DNA from: Escherichia coli
GTDB taxonomy: Bacteria > Pseudomonadota > Gammaproteobacteria > Enterobacterales > Enterobacteriaceae
DNA: 64,000 nt
Assembly (NCBI RefSeq): GCF_003334255.1
Contig: NZ_QOWU01000013.1
Reading direction: 5' to 3' (one strand)
Shown here: positions 23,365-33,602 of the stretch, piece after piece
Layout: each line of letters begins with the position of its first letter
Numbering within the stretch: the first letter of the stretch is position 1
The notes under the pieces: generated by a model
What the model saw: the letters and a program-made list of their open reading frames with translations, nothing else
The model's database searches: none
Told to the model about the DNA's origin: nothing
Translations under genes and position numbers: made by a program

Positions 23365-23904
23365 ATGTCTTCCAGAGTTTTGACCCCGGACGTCGTTGGT
23401 ATTGACGCCCTGGTACACGATCACCAAACCGTTCTGGCAAAAGCTGAAGGCGGTGTGGTTGCCGTATTTGCTAACAATGCCCCGGCGTTTTATGCCGTCA
23501 CGCCTGCACGCCTGGCTGAACTGCTGGCGCTGGAAGAAAAGCTGGCGCGTCCGGGAAGCGATGTCGCTCTGGACGATCAACTCTATCAGGAACCGCAAGC
23601 CGCTCCCGTTGCTGTACCCATGGGGAAATTCGCCATGTATCCGGACTGGCAACCCGATGCCGATTTTATCCGCCTGGCGGCGCTATGGGGCGTGGCGCTA
23701 AGAGAGCCGGTGACCACCGAAGAACTGGCCTCATTCATTGCCTACTGGCAGGCGGAAGGTAAAGTCTTTCACCATGTGCAGTGGCAACAAAAACTGGCGC
23801 GCAGCCTGCAAATCGGTCGTGCCAGCAACGGCGGACTGCCGAAACGAGATGTGAATACGGTCAGCGAACCTGACAGCCAAATTCCACCAGGATTCAGAGG
23901 GTAA
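23365..23904 (+). CDS. dnaT: primosomal protein DnaT
   Basis: 179-aa [38 protein letters not shown]... from ATG 23365. Confidence 0.95.
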
Positions 23905-23906
23905 CG

Positions 23907-24644
23907 ATGAAAAACGTTGGCGACCTGATGCAACGCCTGCAAAAAATGATGCCTGCCCATATCAAACCCGCATTCAAAACGGGTGAAGAACTACTGGCCT
24001 GGCAAAAAGAACAAGGAGCGATCCGCTCCGCCGCTCTCGAACGTGAAAATCGGGCGATGAAAATGCAGCGCACCTTTAACCGCTCCGGTATTCGTCCACT
24101 GCATCAGAACTGTTCCTTTGAGAACTATCGCGTTGAGTGTGAAGGGCAGATGAATGCGTTAAGCAAAGCGCGCCAGTATGTCGAAGAGTTTGACGGCAAC
24201 ATCGCCAGCTTCATCTTTTCTGGTAAGCCAGGAACCGGCAAAAACCATCTGGCGGCGGCAATCTGCAACGAGCTGCTGCTACGCGGTAAATCCGTATTGA
24301 TCATCACCGTGGCCGATATTATGTCGGCGATGAAAGATACCTTCAGGAATAGCGGTACCAGCGAAGAACAACTGCTTAACGATCTGAGCAACGTTGATCT
24401 GCTGGTGATCGATGAGATCGGCGTGCAGACCGAATCGAAATACGAAAAAGTGATCATCAACCAGATCGTCGATCGCCGCTCTTCTTCCAAACGCCCAACC
24501 GGGATGCTGACCAACAGTAATATGGAAGAGATGACCAAGTTGCTGGGCGAACGCGTGATGGACCGTATGCGCCTGGGTAACAGTTTGTGGGTGATCTTCA
24601 ACTGGGATAGCTACCGTAGCCGGGTAACAGGTAAAGAGTATTAA
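23907..24644 (+). CDS. dnaC: helicase loader DnaC (AAA+)
   Basis: 245-aa ORF with Walker A GKPGTGKNHLAAA; 2 nt after dnaT stop. Confidence 0.95.
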   Translation: MKNVGDLMQRLQKMMPAHIKPAFKTGEELLAWQKEQGAIRSAALERENRAMKMQRTFNRSGIRPLHQNCSFENYRVECEGQMNALSKARQYVEEFDGNIASFIFSGKPGTGKNHLAAAICNELLLRGKSVLIITVADIMSAMKDTFRNSGTSEEQLLNDLSNVDLLVIDEIGVQTESKYEKVIINQIVDRRSSSKRPTGMLTNSNMEEMTKLLGERVMDRMRLGNSLWVIFNWDSYRSRVTGKEY

Positions 24645-24689
24645 TCCCCGTTTCTGGCGGTATACTGCGACACAATTCCACCTTGAGTA

Positions 24690-25187
24690 ATGATGATGAA
24701 AACTGTTAAACATCTTCTGTGCTGTGCCATTGCCGCCAGCGCATTAATTTCCACCGGGGTGCATGCTGCGTCCTGGAAAGATGCGCTCTCCAGCGCCGCC
24801 AGCGAACTTGGCAACCAAAACAGCACGACACAGGAAGGCGGTTGGTCGCTCGCGTCATTAACTAACTTGCTTAGCAGCGGAAACCAGGCCTTAAGCGCAG
24901 ATAACATGAACAATGCCGCAGGCATTCTGCAATACTGCGCGAAGCAAAAGCTGGCGTCGGTAACCGATGCCGAAAACATCAAGAACCAGGTGCTGGAAAA
25001 GCTGGGCCTGAACAGTGAAGAGCAAAAAGAAGACACCAACTATCTGGACGGCATTCAGGGTTTGCTGAAAACCAAAGATGGTCAGCAACTCAATCTGGAT
25101 AACATCGGAACAACTCCGCTGGCAGAAAAGGTGAAAACCAAAGCCTGCGATCTGGTGTTAAAACAGGGGCTGAACTTCATTTCCTGA
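24690..25187 (+). CDS. yjjA: secreted/periplasmic protein YjjA (DUF2501)
   Basis: 165-aa ORF with signal peptide MMMKTVKHLLCCAIAASALISTGVHAAS. Confidence 0.8.
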   Translation: MMMKTVKHLLCCAIAASALISTGVHAASWKDALSSAASELGNQNSTTQEGGWSLASLTNLLSSGNQALSADNMNNAAGILQYCAKQKLASVTDAENIKNQVLEKLGLNSEEQKEDTNYLDGIQGLLKTKDGQQLNLDNIGTTPLAEKVKTKACDLVLKQGLNFIS

Positions 25188-25440
25188 ACCGCGAAACGCC
25201 GCGTTTTAGCTGTTACCCGGCTGACGCGGCTCTCTCCTGCCCTTTTCCCTGCTCCTGGACGGTTTTACCCCTGTTACACGGGAAGTGACCGTAATCAAAA
25301 AAGTCTGTTTATAAACTAATTCCTAACAACATCGCATTTTTTTGACACTAGAATTGCAGCAATATGGCGACGCCATTACATTGTGCTTCTCAAAAAGCTT
25401 AAACGTTGGCTAAACGGCCCGGTTTAGTGAGGATCGCCCG

Positions 25441-27732
25441 TTGTCAGAACTACTCTCTTTCGCCCTTTTTCTCGCCTCTGTGCTGATTTACGCATGGAAA
25501 GCGGGACGTAACACCTGGTGGTTTGCAGCCACGTTAACGGTGCTGGGGCTATTTGTCGTTTTAAATATCACCCTGTTTGCCAGCGACTATTTTACTGGCG
25601 ATGGTATTAACGACGCGGTTCTCTATACCTTAACCAACAGCCTGACCGGTGCTGGCGTCAGCAAATACATTTTGCCGGGTATCGGCATTGTGCTGGGGCT
25701 GACAGCGGTGTTCGGTGCGCTGGGCTGGATCCTGCGCCGTCGTCGCCATCATCCGCACCATTTTGGTTACAGCCTGCTGGCGCTCTTACTGGCGCTGGGT
25801 TCGGTGGACGCCAGCCCGGCATTTCGTCAGATAACGGAACTGGTGAAATCCCAGTCACGCGACGGCGACCCGGACTTTGCGGCTTATTATAAAGAGCCGT
25901 CGAAAACTATCCCTGACCCGAAACTCAACCTGGTTTATATCTACGGCGAAAGTCTCGAGCGGACCTATTTTGATAACGAGGCTTTCCCGGATCTCACGCC
26001 TGAACTGGGCGCGTTGAAAAATGAAGGCCTGGATTTCAGCCACACGCAGCAGCTGCCGGGAACAGATTACACGATTGCGGGCATGGTGGCTTCTCAGTGC
26101 GGCATACCGCTGTTTGCCCCCTTTGAAGGCAACGCCTCCGCCTCTGTCTCCAGCTTCTTCCCGCAGAACATCTGTCTGGGAGATATCCTGAAAAACTCGG
26201 GTTATCAGAACTATTTCGTGCAGGGCGCGAATCTGCGTTTTGCCGGTAAAGATGTGTTCCTGAAGTCGCATGGCTTCGACCACTTATACGGCTCAGAAGA
26301 GCTGAAAAGCGTGGTAGCCGACCCGCACTATCGCAACGACTGGGGATTCTACGACGATACCGTTCTCGATGAAGCGTGGAAAAAGTTTGAAGAGCTTTCC
26401 CGCTCAGGTCAGCGATTCTCACTGTTTACCCTGACAGTCGATACCCATCACCCGGATGGTTTTATCTCTCGTACCTGTAACCGCAAAAAATATGATTTTG
26501 ACGGTAAACCGAATCAGTCATTCAGCGCGGTAAGTTGCAGCCAGGAGAACATCGCGACGTTTATCAACAAAATCAAAGCGTCACCGTGGTTTAAAGATAC
26601 CGTCATCGTCGTCTCTTCTGACCATTTAGCGATGAACAACACGGCGTGGAAATACCTCAATAAGCAGGATCGCAATAACCTGTTTTTTGTCATTCGTGGC
26701 GACAAGCCGCAGCAAGAGACGCTGGCAGTGAAGCGTAACACGATGGATAACGGCGCGACGGTGCTGGACATTCTCGGTGGCGATAACTATCTCGGACTTG
26801 GTCGTAGCAGTTTATCCGGGCAGTCGATGTCGGAAATCTTCCTCAATATCAAAGAGAAAACATTGGCGTGGAAGCCAGATATCATCCGCCTGTGGAAATT
26901 CCCTAAAGAGATGAAAGAGTTCACCATCGACCAGCAGAAAAACATGATTGCCTTCTCGGGTAGCCATTTCCGTTTGCCGCTGCTGTTGCGGGTTTCAGAC
27001 AAACGCGTGGAACCGCTGCCGGAAAGCGAATACTCAGCACCGCTGCGTTTCCAGCTGGCCGATTTCGCTCCACGCGACAATTTCGTCTGGGTTGACCGTT
27101 GCTACAAGATGGCACAACTCTGGGCTCCGGAACTGGCACTTTCCACCGACTGGTGTGTCTCGCAAGGGCAGCTTGGCGGTCAGCAAATTGTTCAGCATGT
27201 TGACAAAACAACATGGCAGGGCAAAACGGCATTTAAAGATACGGTCATCGACATGGCGCGTTACAAAGGCAATGTCGATACGCTGAAGATTGTTGATAAC
27301 GATATTCGCTACAAAGCCGACAGTTTCATCTTTAACGTCGCCGGTGCGCCAGAAGAGGTGAAACAGTTTAGCGGGATTTCCCGTCCGGAGTCGTGGGGCC
27401 GCTGGTCCAACGCGCAGCTGGGCGATGAAGTAAAAATCGAGTACAAGCATCCGCTGCCGAAGAAATTTGACCTGGTGATTACCGCCAAAGCATACGGCAA
27501 TAACGCCAGCCGTCCTATTCCGGTACGCGTAGGCAATGAAGAACAAACTCTTGTGCTGGGCAATGAAGTGACCACCACCACACTGCATTTCGATAACCCA
27601 ACCGATGCCGACACACTGGTAATTGTGCCGCCGGAACCTGTCTCAACCAACGAAGGGAATATCCTCGGACACTCGCCGCGTAAGCTCGGGATCGGCATGG
27701 TGGAAATTAAAGTGGTAGAACGTGAAGGGTAA
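25441..27732 (+). CDS. opgB: phosphoglycerol transferase I (OPG biosynthesis), TTG start
   Basis: 763-aa ORF, N-terminal membrane segments plus sulfatase-like domain; first codon is TTG. Confidence 0.9.
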   Translation: MSELLSFALFLASVLIYAWKAGRNTWWFAATLTVLGLFVVLNITLFASDYFTGDGINDAVLYTLTNSLTGAGVSKYILPGIGIVLGLTAVFGALGWILRRRRHHPHHFGYSLLALLLALGSVDASPAFRQITELVKSQSRDGDPDFAAYYKEPSKTIPDPKLNLVYIYGESLERTYFDNEAFPDLTPELGALKNEGLDFSHTQQLPGTDYTIAGMVASQCGIPLFAPFEGNASASVSSFFPQNICLGDILKNSGYQNYFVQGANLRFAGKDVFLKSHGFDHLYGSEELKSVVADPHYRNDWGFYDDTVLDEAWKKFEELSRSGQRFSLFTLTVDTHHPDGFISRTCNRKKYDFDGKPNQSFSAVSCSQENIATFINKIKASPWFKDTVIVVSSDHLAMNNTAWKYLNKQDRNNLFFVIRGDKPQQETLAVKRNTMDNGATVLDILGGDNYLGLGRSSLSGQSMSEIFLNIKEKTLAWKPDIIRLWKFPKEMKEFTIDQQKNMIAFSGSHFRLPLLLRVSDKRVEPLPESEYSAPLRFQLADFAPRDNFVWVDRCYKMAQLWAPELALSTDWCVSQGQLGGQQIVQHVDKTTWQGKTAFKDTVIDMARYKGNVDTLKIVDNDIRYKADSFIFNVAGAPEEVKQFSGISRPESWGRWSNAQLGDEVKIEYKHPLPKKFDLVITAKAYGNNASRPIPVRVGNEEQTLVLGNEVTTTTLHFDNPTDADTLVIVPPEPVSTNEGNILGHSPRKLGIGMVEIKVVEREG

Positions 27733-27744
27733 TTCCTGACTGAT

Positions 27745-27773
27745 GTGTAGGTCGCATAGGGTGCGACCTACAC
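27745..27773. terminator. perfect 12-bp-stem hairpin between convergent opgB and lgoD
   Basis: GTGTAGGTCGCA-TAGGG-TGCGACCTACAC; no flanking T-run on either strand. Confidence 0.4.
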
Positions 27774-27869
27774 GCCTTCTACGGCTTACAACACATTATT
27801 AAGAAACAAAAAAAACAGCGCCCAACACTTCCCCGGACGCTGCATGGCAACTTTAATAATCTCGCCTTA

Positions 27870-28892
27870 TCAGAAAGTAATTACGCCTTTAATTAACTCA
27901 CGATTGTTAATCACATCGCGCTCGTAGGTTTCTGCCAGCGTGGCGAACGGATAGCGATGGGTTAACATCATGTCAGCAGTGATTTTTCCTTCCGCCATCA
28001 GTCGACCGACTTTAGCAAAATCTTCCGGCGTGGCGTTGCGGCTGCCCATCATCGTCGTTTCTTTTTTATGGAATTCCGGATCGGAGAACTGCAACTCACC
28101 TTTAAACAGGCCGACAAATACCACCGTGCCGCCGTGACGAATCAAATTCACGGTGTTATTCATCGCATGTTGATTACCTGTCGCGTCGATCACTTTCTGC
28201 GCCAGCGAACCACCAAACTGCGCCCGTAGCTGCGCGTCAAAATCTTCGGCTGACGGGTCCAGTAAAGGTAATTCCAGACGCGTTGCCACATGTTCACGGC
28301 GCGCCGGACTGGTATCCGCCACCACCACCTGTGCGCCATCGGCTTTAGCGATTGCCGCCGCGCCCAGACCGATTGGCCCCGCCCCGACCACCAGCACCTG
28401 CTCGCCGGGAGCAATGGCTGCGCGACGCACCGCATGAGCGCTAATAGCGAAAGGTTCAATCAATGCTGCCGCCTGCGGGTCAATACCGTCTGCGGGCAAA
28501 ATGTTCGCCACCGGCACGCTCAAATACTCACTAAAACCGCCATCCTGATGCACGCCAATGACTGAAATTTTTTCACAGCAATTGGTACGCCCGCTTTTAC
28601 ACGCCGGGCATTGCTGACAGGCAACATAAGGGATCACAGCAACTTGCTGACCATTTTTAAGATCAGCAATATTTTTACCCAGCCCAACAATCTCCCCACA
28701 TATTTCATGGCCTAAAACACGTGGATAACTAAAAAATGGTTGATTTCCACCCCAGGCATGAATATCGGTACCGCAAATCCCGACAGACTTAATTTTTATT
28801 AATGCTTCATTGTCACCCGGAATAGGTATCTCGCGTTGTTTCCAGACTAATTCTTTCGGCTGCTGGCAAATTAAAACATTCATCGTAGACAT
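27870..28892 (-). CDS. lgoD: L-galactonate 5-dehydrogenase (Zn-dependent MDR family)
   Basis: MSTMNVLICQQPKELVWKQREIPIP... with GHEICGEI zinc motif and Rossmann GAGPIGLG; the MSTMNV start is a few codons inside the 345-aa track ORF; boundary uncertain by 1-2 nt. Confidence 0.85.
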   Translation of the reverse strand: MSTMNVLICQQPKELVWKQREIPIPGDNEALIKIKSVGICGTDIHAWGGNQPFFSYPRVLGHEICGEIVGLGKNIADLKNGQQVAVIPYVACQQCPACKSGRTNCCEKISVIGVHQDGGFSEYLSVPVANILPADGIDPQAAALIEPFAISAHAVRRAAIAPGEQVLVVGAGPIGLGAAAIAKADGAQVVVADTSPARREHVATRLELPLLDPSAEDFDAQLRAQFGGSLAQKVIDATGNQHAMNNTVNLIRHGGTVVFVGLFKGELQFSDPEFHKKETTMMGSRNATPEDFAKVGRLMAEGKITADMMLTHRYPFATLAETYERDVINNRELIKGVITF

Positions 28893-29030
28893 GATTCGGC
28901 TCTCCACTTTTTGTTGCCTTAGATATCAATGAAAATGAAAAATGGCAGCGGAACGGAAAATCTTTTTTGTGAAAACACACGCATAAAAATGTTTTAAATC
29001 GGGTTTTAATGGACTCACAAGGAGGAAAAT

Positions 29031-29945
29031 ATGAGTCGTTCACAAAATTTACGCCACAATGTGATTAACCAGGTCATTGATGATATGGCGCGGGGTCATA
29101 TCCCTTCCCCACTTCCATCGCAAAGTGCGCTGGCGGAAATGTACAACATCAGCCGCACCACAGTGCGTCATATTCTCAGCCACTTACGCGAATGCGGCGT
29201 CTTGACGCAGGTTGGAAACGACTATGTTATTGCGCGTAAACCTGACCATGATGACGGTTTCGCCTGTACTACCGCTTCAATGAGTGAACAAAACAAAGTG
29301 TTTGAGCAGGCTTTTTTCACGATGATAAACCAGCGCCAGTTACGCCCAGGGGAAACGTTTTCTGAACTGCAACTGGCTCGGGCCGCGGGTGTCAGCCCGG
29401 TTGTAGTAAGAGAATATCTTTTAAAATTCGGCCGTTATAATCTTATTCACAGCGAAAAGCGCGGCCAGTGGAGCATGAAGCAATTCGATCAATCCTACGC
29501 CGAGCAGCTGTTTGAGCTACGCGAAATGCTCGAAACACATTCACTTCAGCACTTTCTCAACCTGCCTGATCATGATCCCCGCTGGCTGCAGGCGAAAACC
29601 ATGCTCGAACGTCATCGGCTACTGCGTGACAACATCGGCAATAGCTTTCGCATGTTCTCGCAACTTGACAGAGATTTTCACTCCTTACTGCTTTCAGCTG
29701 CCGACAATATCTTTTTTGATCAATCGCTTGAGATCATCTCAGTCATCTTTCATTTTCACTATCAATGGGACGAAAGCGATCTTAAACAGCGCAATATCAT
29801 TGCCGTCGATGAGCATATGACCATTCTCAGCGCTCTGATTTGCCGCAGTGACCTTGATGCCACCCTTGCGCTCCGTAACCATTTGAATTCAGCTAAACAA
29901 TCAATGATTCGATCCATTAATGAGAACACGCGTTATGCTCATTAA
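29031..29945 (+). CDS. lgoR: GntR-family transcriptional regulator of L-galactonate genes
   Basis: 304-aa ORF with N-terminal GntR HTH (LPSQSALAEMYNISRTTVRHIL). Confidence 0.85.
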   Translation: MSRSQNLRHNVINQVIDDMARGHIPSPLPSQSALAEMYNISRTTVRHILSHLRECGVLTQVGNDYVIARKPDHDDGFACTTASMSEQNKVFEQAFFTMINQRQLRPGETFSELQLARAAGVSPVVVREYLLKFGRYNLIHSEKRGQWSMKQFDQSYAEQLFELREMLETHSLQHFLNLPDHDPRWLQAKTMLERHRLLRDNIGNSFRMFSQLDRDFHSLLLSAADNIFFDQSLEIISVIFHFHYQWDESDLKQRNIIAVDEHMTILSALICRSDLDATLALRNHLNSAKQSMIRSINENTRYAH

Positions 29946-30159
29946 GTACGGATTAAAAACAGCAAACTATTAGCGGGTGCACGGTTTTATCAAAAGATAA
30001 ATACCGGGAAATTCCCGCTTACCTATGCTCACAATCAGTCGACTAAAAATGTTTTTGTGAGCGGTAGTAAAGTCCTAAAACTTTAACCTGCCGTTAATGT
30101 CAACCTTGCGTAATGCACAATTACGTAAACAATTAAAATTATAAATACAGGAGTCCGGC

Positions 30160-31521
30160 GTGGAAAAAGAAAATATCACCATCGATCCGCGTTCTTCATT
30201 TACTCCATCTTCGTCGGCAGATATTCCCGTGCCACCAGATGGATTAGTTCAACGCAGTACCCGAATTAAACGCATTCAAACCACCGCCATGTTGTTATTA
30301 TTTTTTGCGGCGGTAATCAATTATCTCGACCGCAGTTCGCTGTCGGTAGCAAATTTAACGATTCGTGAAGAATTGGGATTAAGTGCCACCGAAATCGGCG
30401 CTTTGCTCTCCGTGTTTTCACTCGCTTACGGGATTGCGCAACTTCCTTGCGGCCCACTATTGGATCGTAAAGGCCCACGCCTGATGCTGGGACTGGGGAT
30501 GTTCTTCTGGTCACTGTTCCAGGCAATGTCTGGCATGGTGCACAACTTTACGCAGTTCGTGTTGGTGCGTATCGGTATGGGGATTGGTGAAGCGCCGATG
30601 AACCCATGCGGTGTAAAAGTCATTAACGACTGGTTCAACATCAAAGAGCGCGGACGCCCGATGGGCTTCTTCAACGCAGCTTCTACCATTGGCGTTGCCG
30701 TAAGCCCACCGATTCTGGCGGCGATGATGCTGGTGATGGGCTGGCGCGGGATGTTTATTACCATTGGTGTACTGGGGATTTTTCTCGCCATCGGCTGGTA
30801 TATGCTCTATCGCAACCGCGAGCACGTAGAACTGACTGCCGTTGAGCAAGCTTATCTCAATGCAGGTAGCGTCAATGCCCGCCGAGATCCGCTCAGTTTT
30901 GCCGAATGGCGCAGCCTGTTCCGTAACCGTACAATGTGGGGAATGATGCTCGGATTCAGTGGCATCAACTACACTGCGTGGCTGTATCTGGCCTGGCTTC
31001 CTGGTTACCTGCAAACAGCCTATAACCTGGATTTAAAAAGCACAGGGTTGATGGCGGCTATCCCTTTCCTGTTTGGGGCTGCCGGGATGCTGGTCAACGG
31101 TTACGTTACCGACTGGCTGGTCAAAGGGGGAATGGCTCCGATTAAAAGCCGTAAGATCTGCATTATTGCCGGGATGTTCTGTTCTGCCGCCTTTACGCTG
31201 ATAGTACCACAAGCGACAACATCCATGACGGCGGTTCTGCTGATTGGCATGGCACTGTTCTGTATTCACTTTGCCGGAACATCCTGCTGGGGCTTGATCC
31301 ACGTCGCAGTTGCTTCTCGCATGACTGCGTCGGTGGGCAGTATCCAGAACTTTGCCAGCTTCATCTGCGCCTCTTTTGCGCCGATCATTACTGGTTTTAT
31401 TGTTGATACCACCCACTCATTCCGTCTGGCACTAATCATCTGCGGTTGCGTCACCGCAGCGGGGGCACTGGCGTACATCTTCCTGGTTCGTCAGCCGATC
31501 AACGACCCACGTAAAGATTAA
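30160..31521 (+). CDS. lgoT: MFS transporter (L-galactonate:H+ symporter)
   Basis: 453-aa polytopic ORF with MFS motifs. Confidence 0.85.
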   Translation: MEKENITIDPRSSFTPSSSADIPVPPDGLVQRSTRIKRIQTTAMLLLFFAAVINYLDRSSLSVANLTIREELGLSATEIGALLSVFSLAYGIAQLPCGPLLDRKGPRLMLGLGMFFWSLFQAMSGMVHNFTQFVLVRIGMGIGEAPMNPCGVKVINDWFNIKERGRPMGFFNAASTIGVAVSPPILAAMMLVMGWRGMFITIGVLGIFLAIGWYMLYRNREHVELTAVEQAYLNAGSVNARRDPLSFAEWRSLFRNRTMWGMMLGFSGINYTAWLYLAWLPGYLQTAYNLDLKSTGLMAAIPFLFGAAGMLVNGYVTDWLVKGGMAPIKSRKICIIAGMFCSAAFTLIVPQATTSMTAVLLIGMALFCIHFAGTSCWGLIHVAVASRMTASVGSIQNFASFICASFAPIITGFIVDTTHSFRLALIICGCVTAAGALAYIFLVRQPINDPRKD

Positions 31522-31528
31522 TCTCCTT

Positions 31529-31561
31529 ATGCCCGATAACATTTTGCTTATCGGGCATTTT
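31529..31561 (+). terminator. rho-independent terminator after lgoT, shared with convergent tsr
   Basis: 11-bp stem ATGCCCGATAA/TTATCGGGCAT, 8-nt loop, followed by TTTT. Confidence 0.7.
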
Positions 31562-31569
31562 CATGGCGA

Positions 31570-33225
31570 TTAAAATGTTTCCCAGTTCTCCTCGCTATCT
31601 GCCACGGCCATTTTACGCGGCGCAGCTGGCGTCACGGTTTTTACCACAGCCGATGTTTCACGCTGCTGTTGCTGAATCCGGAACACTGCCACTGCTTCGG
31701 TCAGGCGACTGGCCTGCTCTTCCAGCGCGGCGGCGGCAGCGGCAGACTCTTCCACCAGCGCGGCGTTCTGTTGAGTTACCCGGTCCATCTCAGCAACCGC
31801 TAAGCCAACCTGATCGATACCACGGCTCTGCTCATCAGAAGCAGAAGCAATTTCGCCCATAATGTCCGTCACGCGGGTCACGGCGCTGACAATCTCCGCC
31901 ATTGTTTCCCCGGCGCTTTCGACCAGCGTAGAGCCAACATCCACTTTCCCCACCGAGTCTTCAATCAGGCTTTTAATTTCACGAGCCGCCTGGGCGCTGC
32001 GCTGGGCCAGATTACGCACTTCTCCCGCGACCACCGCAAAACCGCGCCCTTGCTCACCCGCACGCGCAGCCTCAACCGCCGCGTTCAAAGCCAGAATATT
32101 GGTCTGGAAGGCAATGCCGTCAATTACGCTGATAATATCGGCGATTTTCTGCGAACTGGTGGAGATATCGCGCATAGTCTGCACCACGTTATCTACCACT
32201 TTACCGCCGCGTTGCGCCGTTTCAGAAGCACTTAACGCCAGATGGCTGGCCTGGCGCGCATTTTCGGCGTTCTGCTTCACCGTTGCGGTCAGTTGCTCCA
32301 TGCTGGCTGCCGTCTCTTCCAGCGAAGCGGCCTGTTGCTCGGTGCGCGAAGAGAGATCGTTATTGCCGGTGGCGATTTCGCTGGCACCGCTATAGATGGC
32401 ATTGGCCCCGTTGCGCACATCACCGACGGTACGCATCAGCTCTCCCTGCATATGGCGCAAACTCTCTGCCAGTTGCCCCATCTCATTAGAGCCATCCACC
32501 TCAATCGGTTTCACCAGATCGCCGCCTGCAATATGACGAATGCTGTCAATCAGGCGATTCATTGGCGCTACCAGCGAGGCTTTAATACCGAACCAGACGG
32601 CGAAGATGACCGCCAGTACGACGATCATCACGCCCACCAGAATCCACATCGCCTGGCTGTAGGAGGCATTGTTATCGCTGACGGCGATATCATGGAGCCG
32701 ATCGTTTTGCTCCATGTAAGCCACATACTGCTTCTCGAAACCGTCCTGATATCCCTGGGTCGGCTGATCAAAGAACTCGTTGATTTTGCCTGCACCTAAC
32801 AGTTGGATCAGCTCCGCCAGCGCATTGTGATAAATATCGTAATTACGTTTGATCTCTGCCGCTGCGGCGGTGCTCTGACGCGGGTCACGCGGCAACGCTT
32901 CGTAATCCGCCCAGTTTTTTTCCGCCTGTTTCAGCGAAATACTGGCACTCTCCATCAGCTCAGCAACGGTTGAACCGCTACCAATATTATTCTGATCCAT
33001 CATGTAGCGGATACCCGCGCGGTTGAGGGTGTTACGCGTCTGCAACAACGCGACCCAGCTGCCATTCAGCGTGGATTGCTGCTGGCGAATGGTTTGTAAA
33101 ACAGTGAAATTTTCTTTGTCATTCTTTAAGGCATTAAAGAACAGACCGCCTGATGTCAGTTGTAAAAGGCCAAAAACGGCCAAAACCAGCAGTAAGCTGG
33201 TCACAATTTTGATACGTTTTAACAT
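31570..33225 (-). CDS. tsr: methyl-accepting chemotaxis protein I (serine chemoreceptor)
   Basis: 551-aa [43 protein letters not shown]... with HAMP and MCP signalling domain and C-terminal NWETF. Confidence 0.95.
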   Translation of the reverse strand: MLKRIKIVTSLLLVLAVFGLLQLTSGGLFFNALKNDKENFTVLQTIRQQQSTLNGSWVALLQTRNTLNRAGIRYMMDQNNIGSGSTVAELMESASISLKQAEKNWADYEALPRDPRQSTAAAAEIKRNYDIYHNALAELIQLLGAGKINEFFDQPTQGYQDGFEKQYVAYMEQNDRLHDIAVSDNNASYSQAMWILVGVMIVVLAVIFAVWFGIKASLVAPMNRLIDSIRHIAGGDLVKPIEVDGSNEMGQLAESLRHMQGELMRTVGDVRNGANAIYSGASEIATGNNDLSSRTEQQAASLEETAASMEQLTATVKQNAENARQASHLALSASETAQRGGKVVDNVVQTMRDISTSSQKIADIISVIDGIAFQTNILALNAAVEAARAGEQGRGFAVVAGEVRNLAQRSAQAAREIKSLIEDSVGKVDVGSTLVESAGETMAEIVSAVTRVTDIMGEIASASDEQSRGIDQVGLAVAEMDRVTQQNAALVEESAAAAAALEEQASRLTEAVAVFRIQQQQRETSAVVKTVTPAAPRKMAVADSEENWETF

Positions 33226-33602
33226 GGTTTCTCTTTCCTGTGGACCGATGCAAGATTTTCGGCCTGGAAAGGAAAAACTTTATGAATATCCCGCGGAGAT
33301 TACGCCGAGTGAATTTTATTCACACTCTGAATTTAAAAAGCCATTATTTACATAAATTATTCACAATATAAATATGTGATATGAATCACATATTTATCGT
33401 CACTTAAACGACGCCTTTGCCGCTCAACCGCAAAACTGACCGCTTACATCCCTAAAATAACCACTCAGTTATTTACCTTACTTTACGCGCGCGTAACTCT
33501 GGCAACATCACTACAGGATAGCGGTCAATTTACCTCCTCAAACGCAACGCAAACCTAGAACGGCTTCGGCCAACTATTAATCAATACATGCCAGGTTTTA
33601 CT

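Noticed and set aside
25191-25207. Possible terminator after yjjA (AAACGC/GCGTTT followed by TTTT)
   Set aside because: Stem too short with an implausibly tight loop; not confident enough to annotate.
28813-29043. 76-aa minus-strand ORF across the lgoD start and lgoR promoter
   Set aside because: Overlaps the lgoD N-terminus and the divergent promoter; no support beyond being an open frame. My hand-indexing in this stretch disagreed with the ORF track by one nucleotide, so lgoD boundaries carry a 1-2 nt uncertainty.
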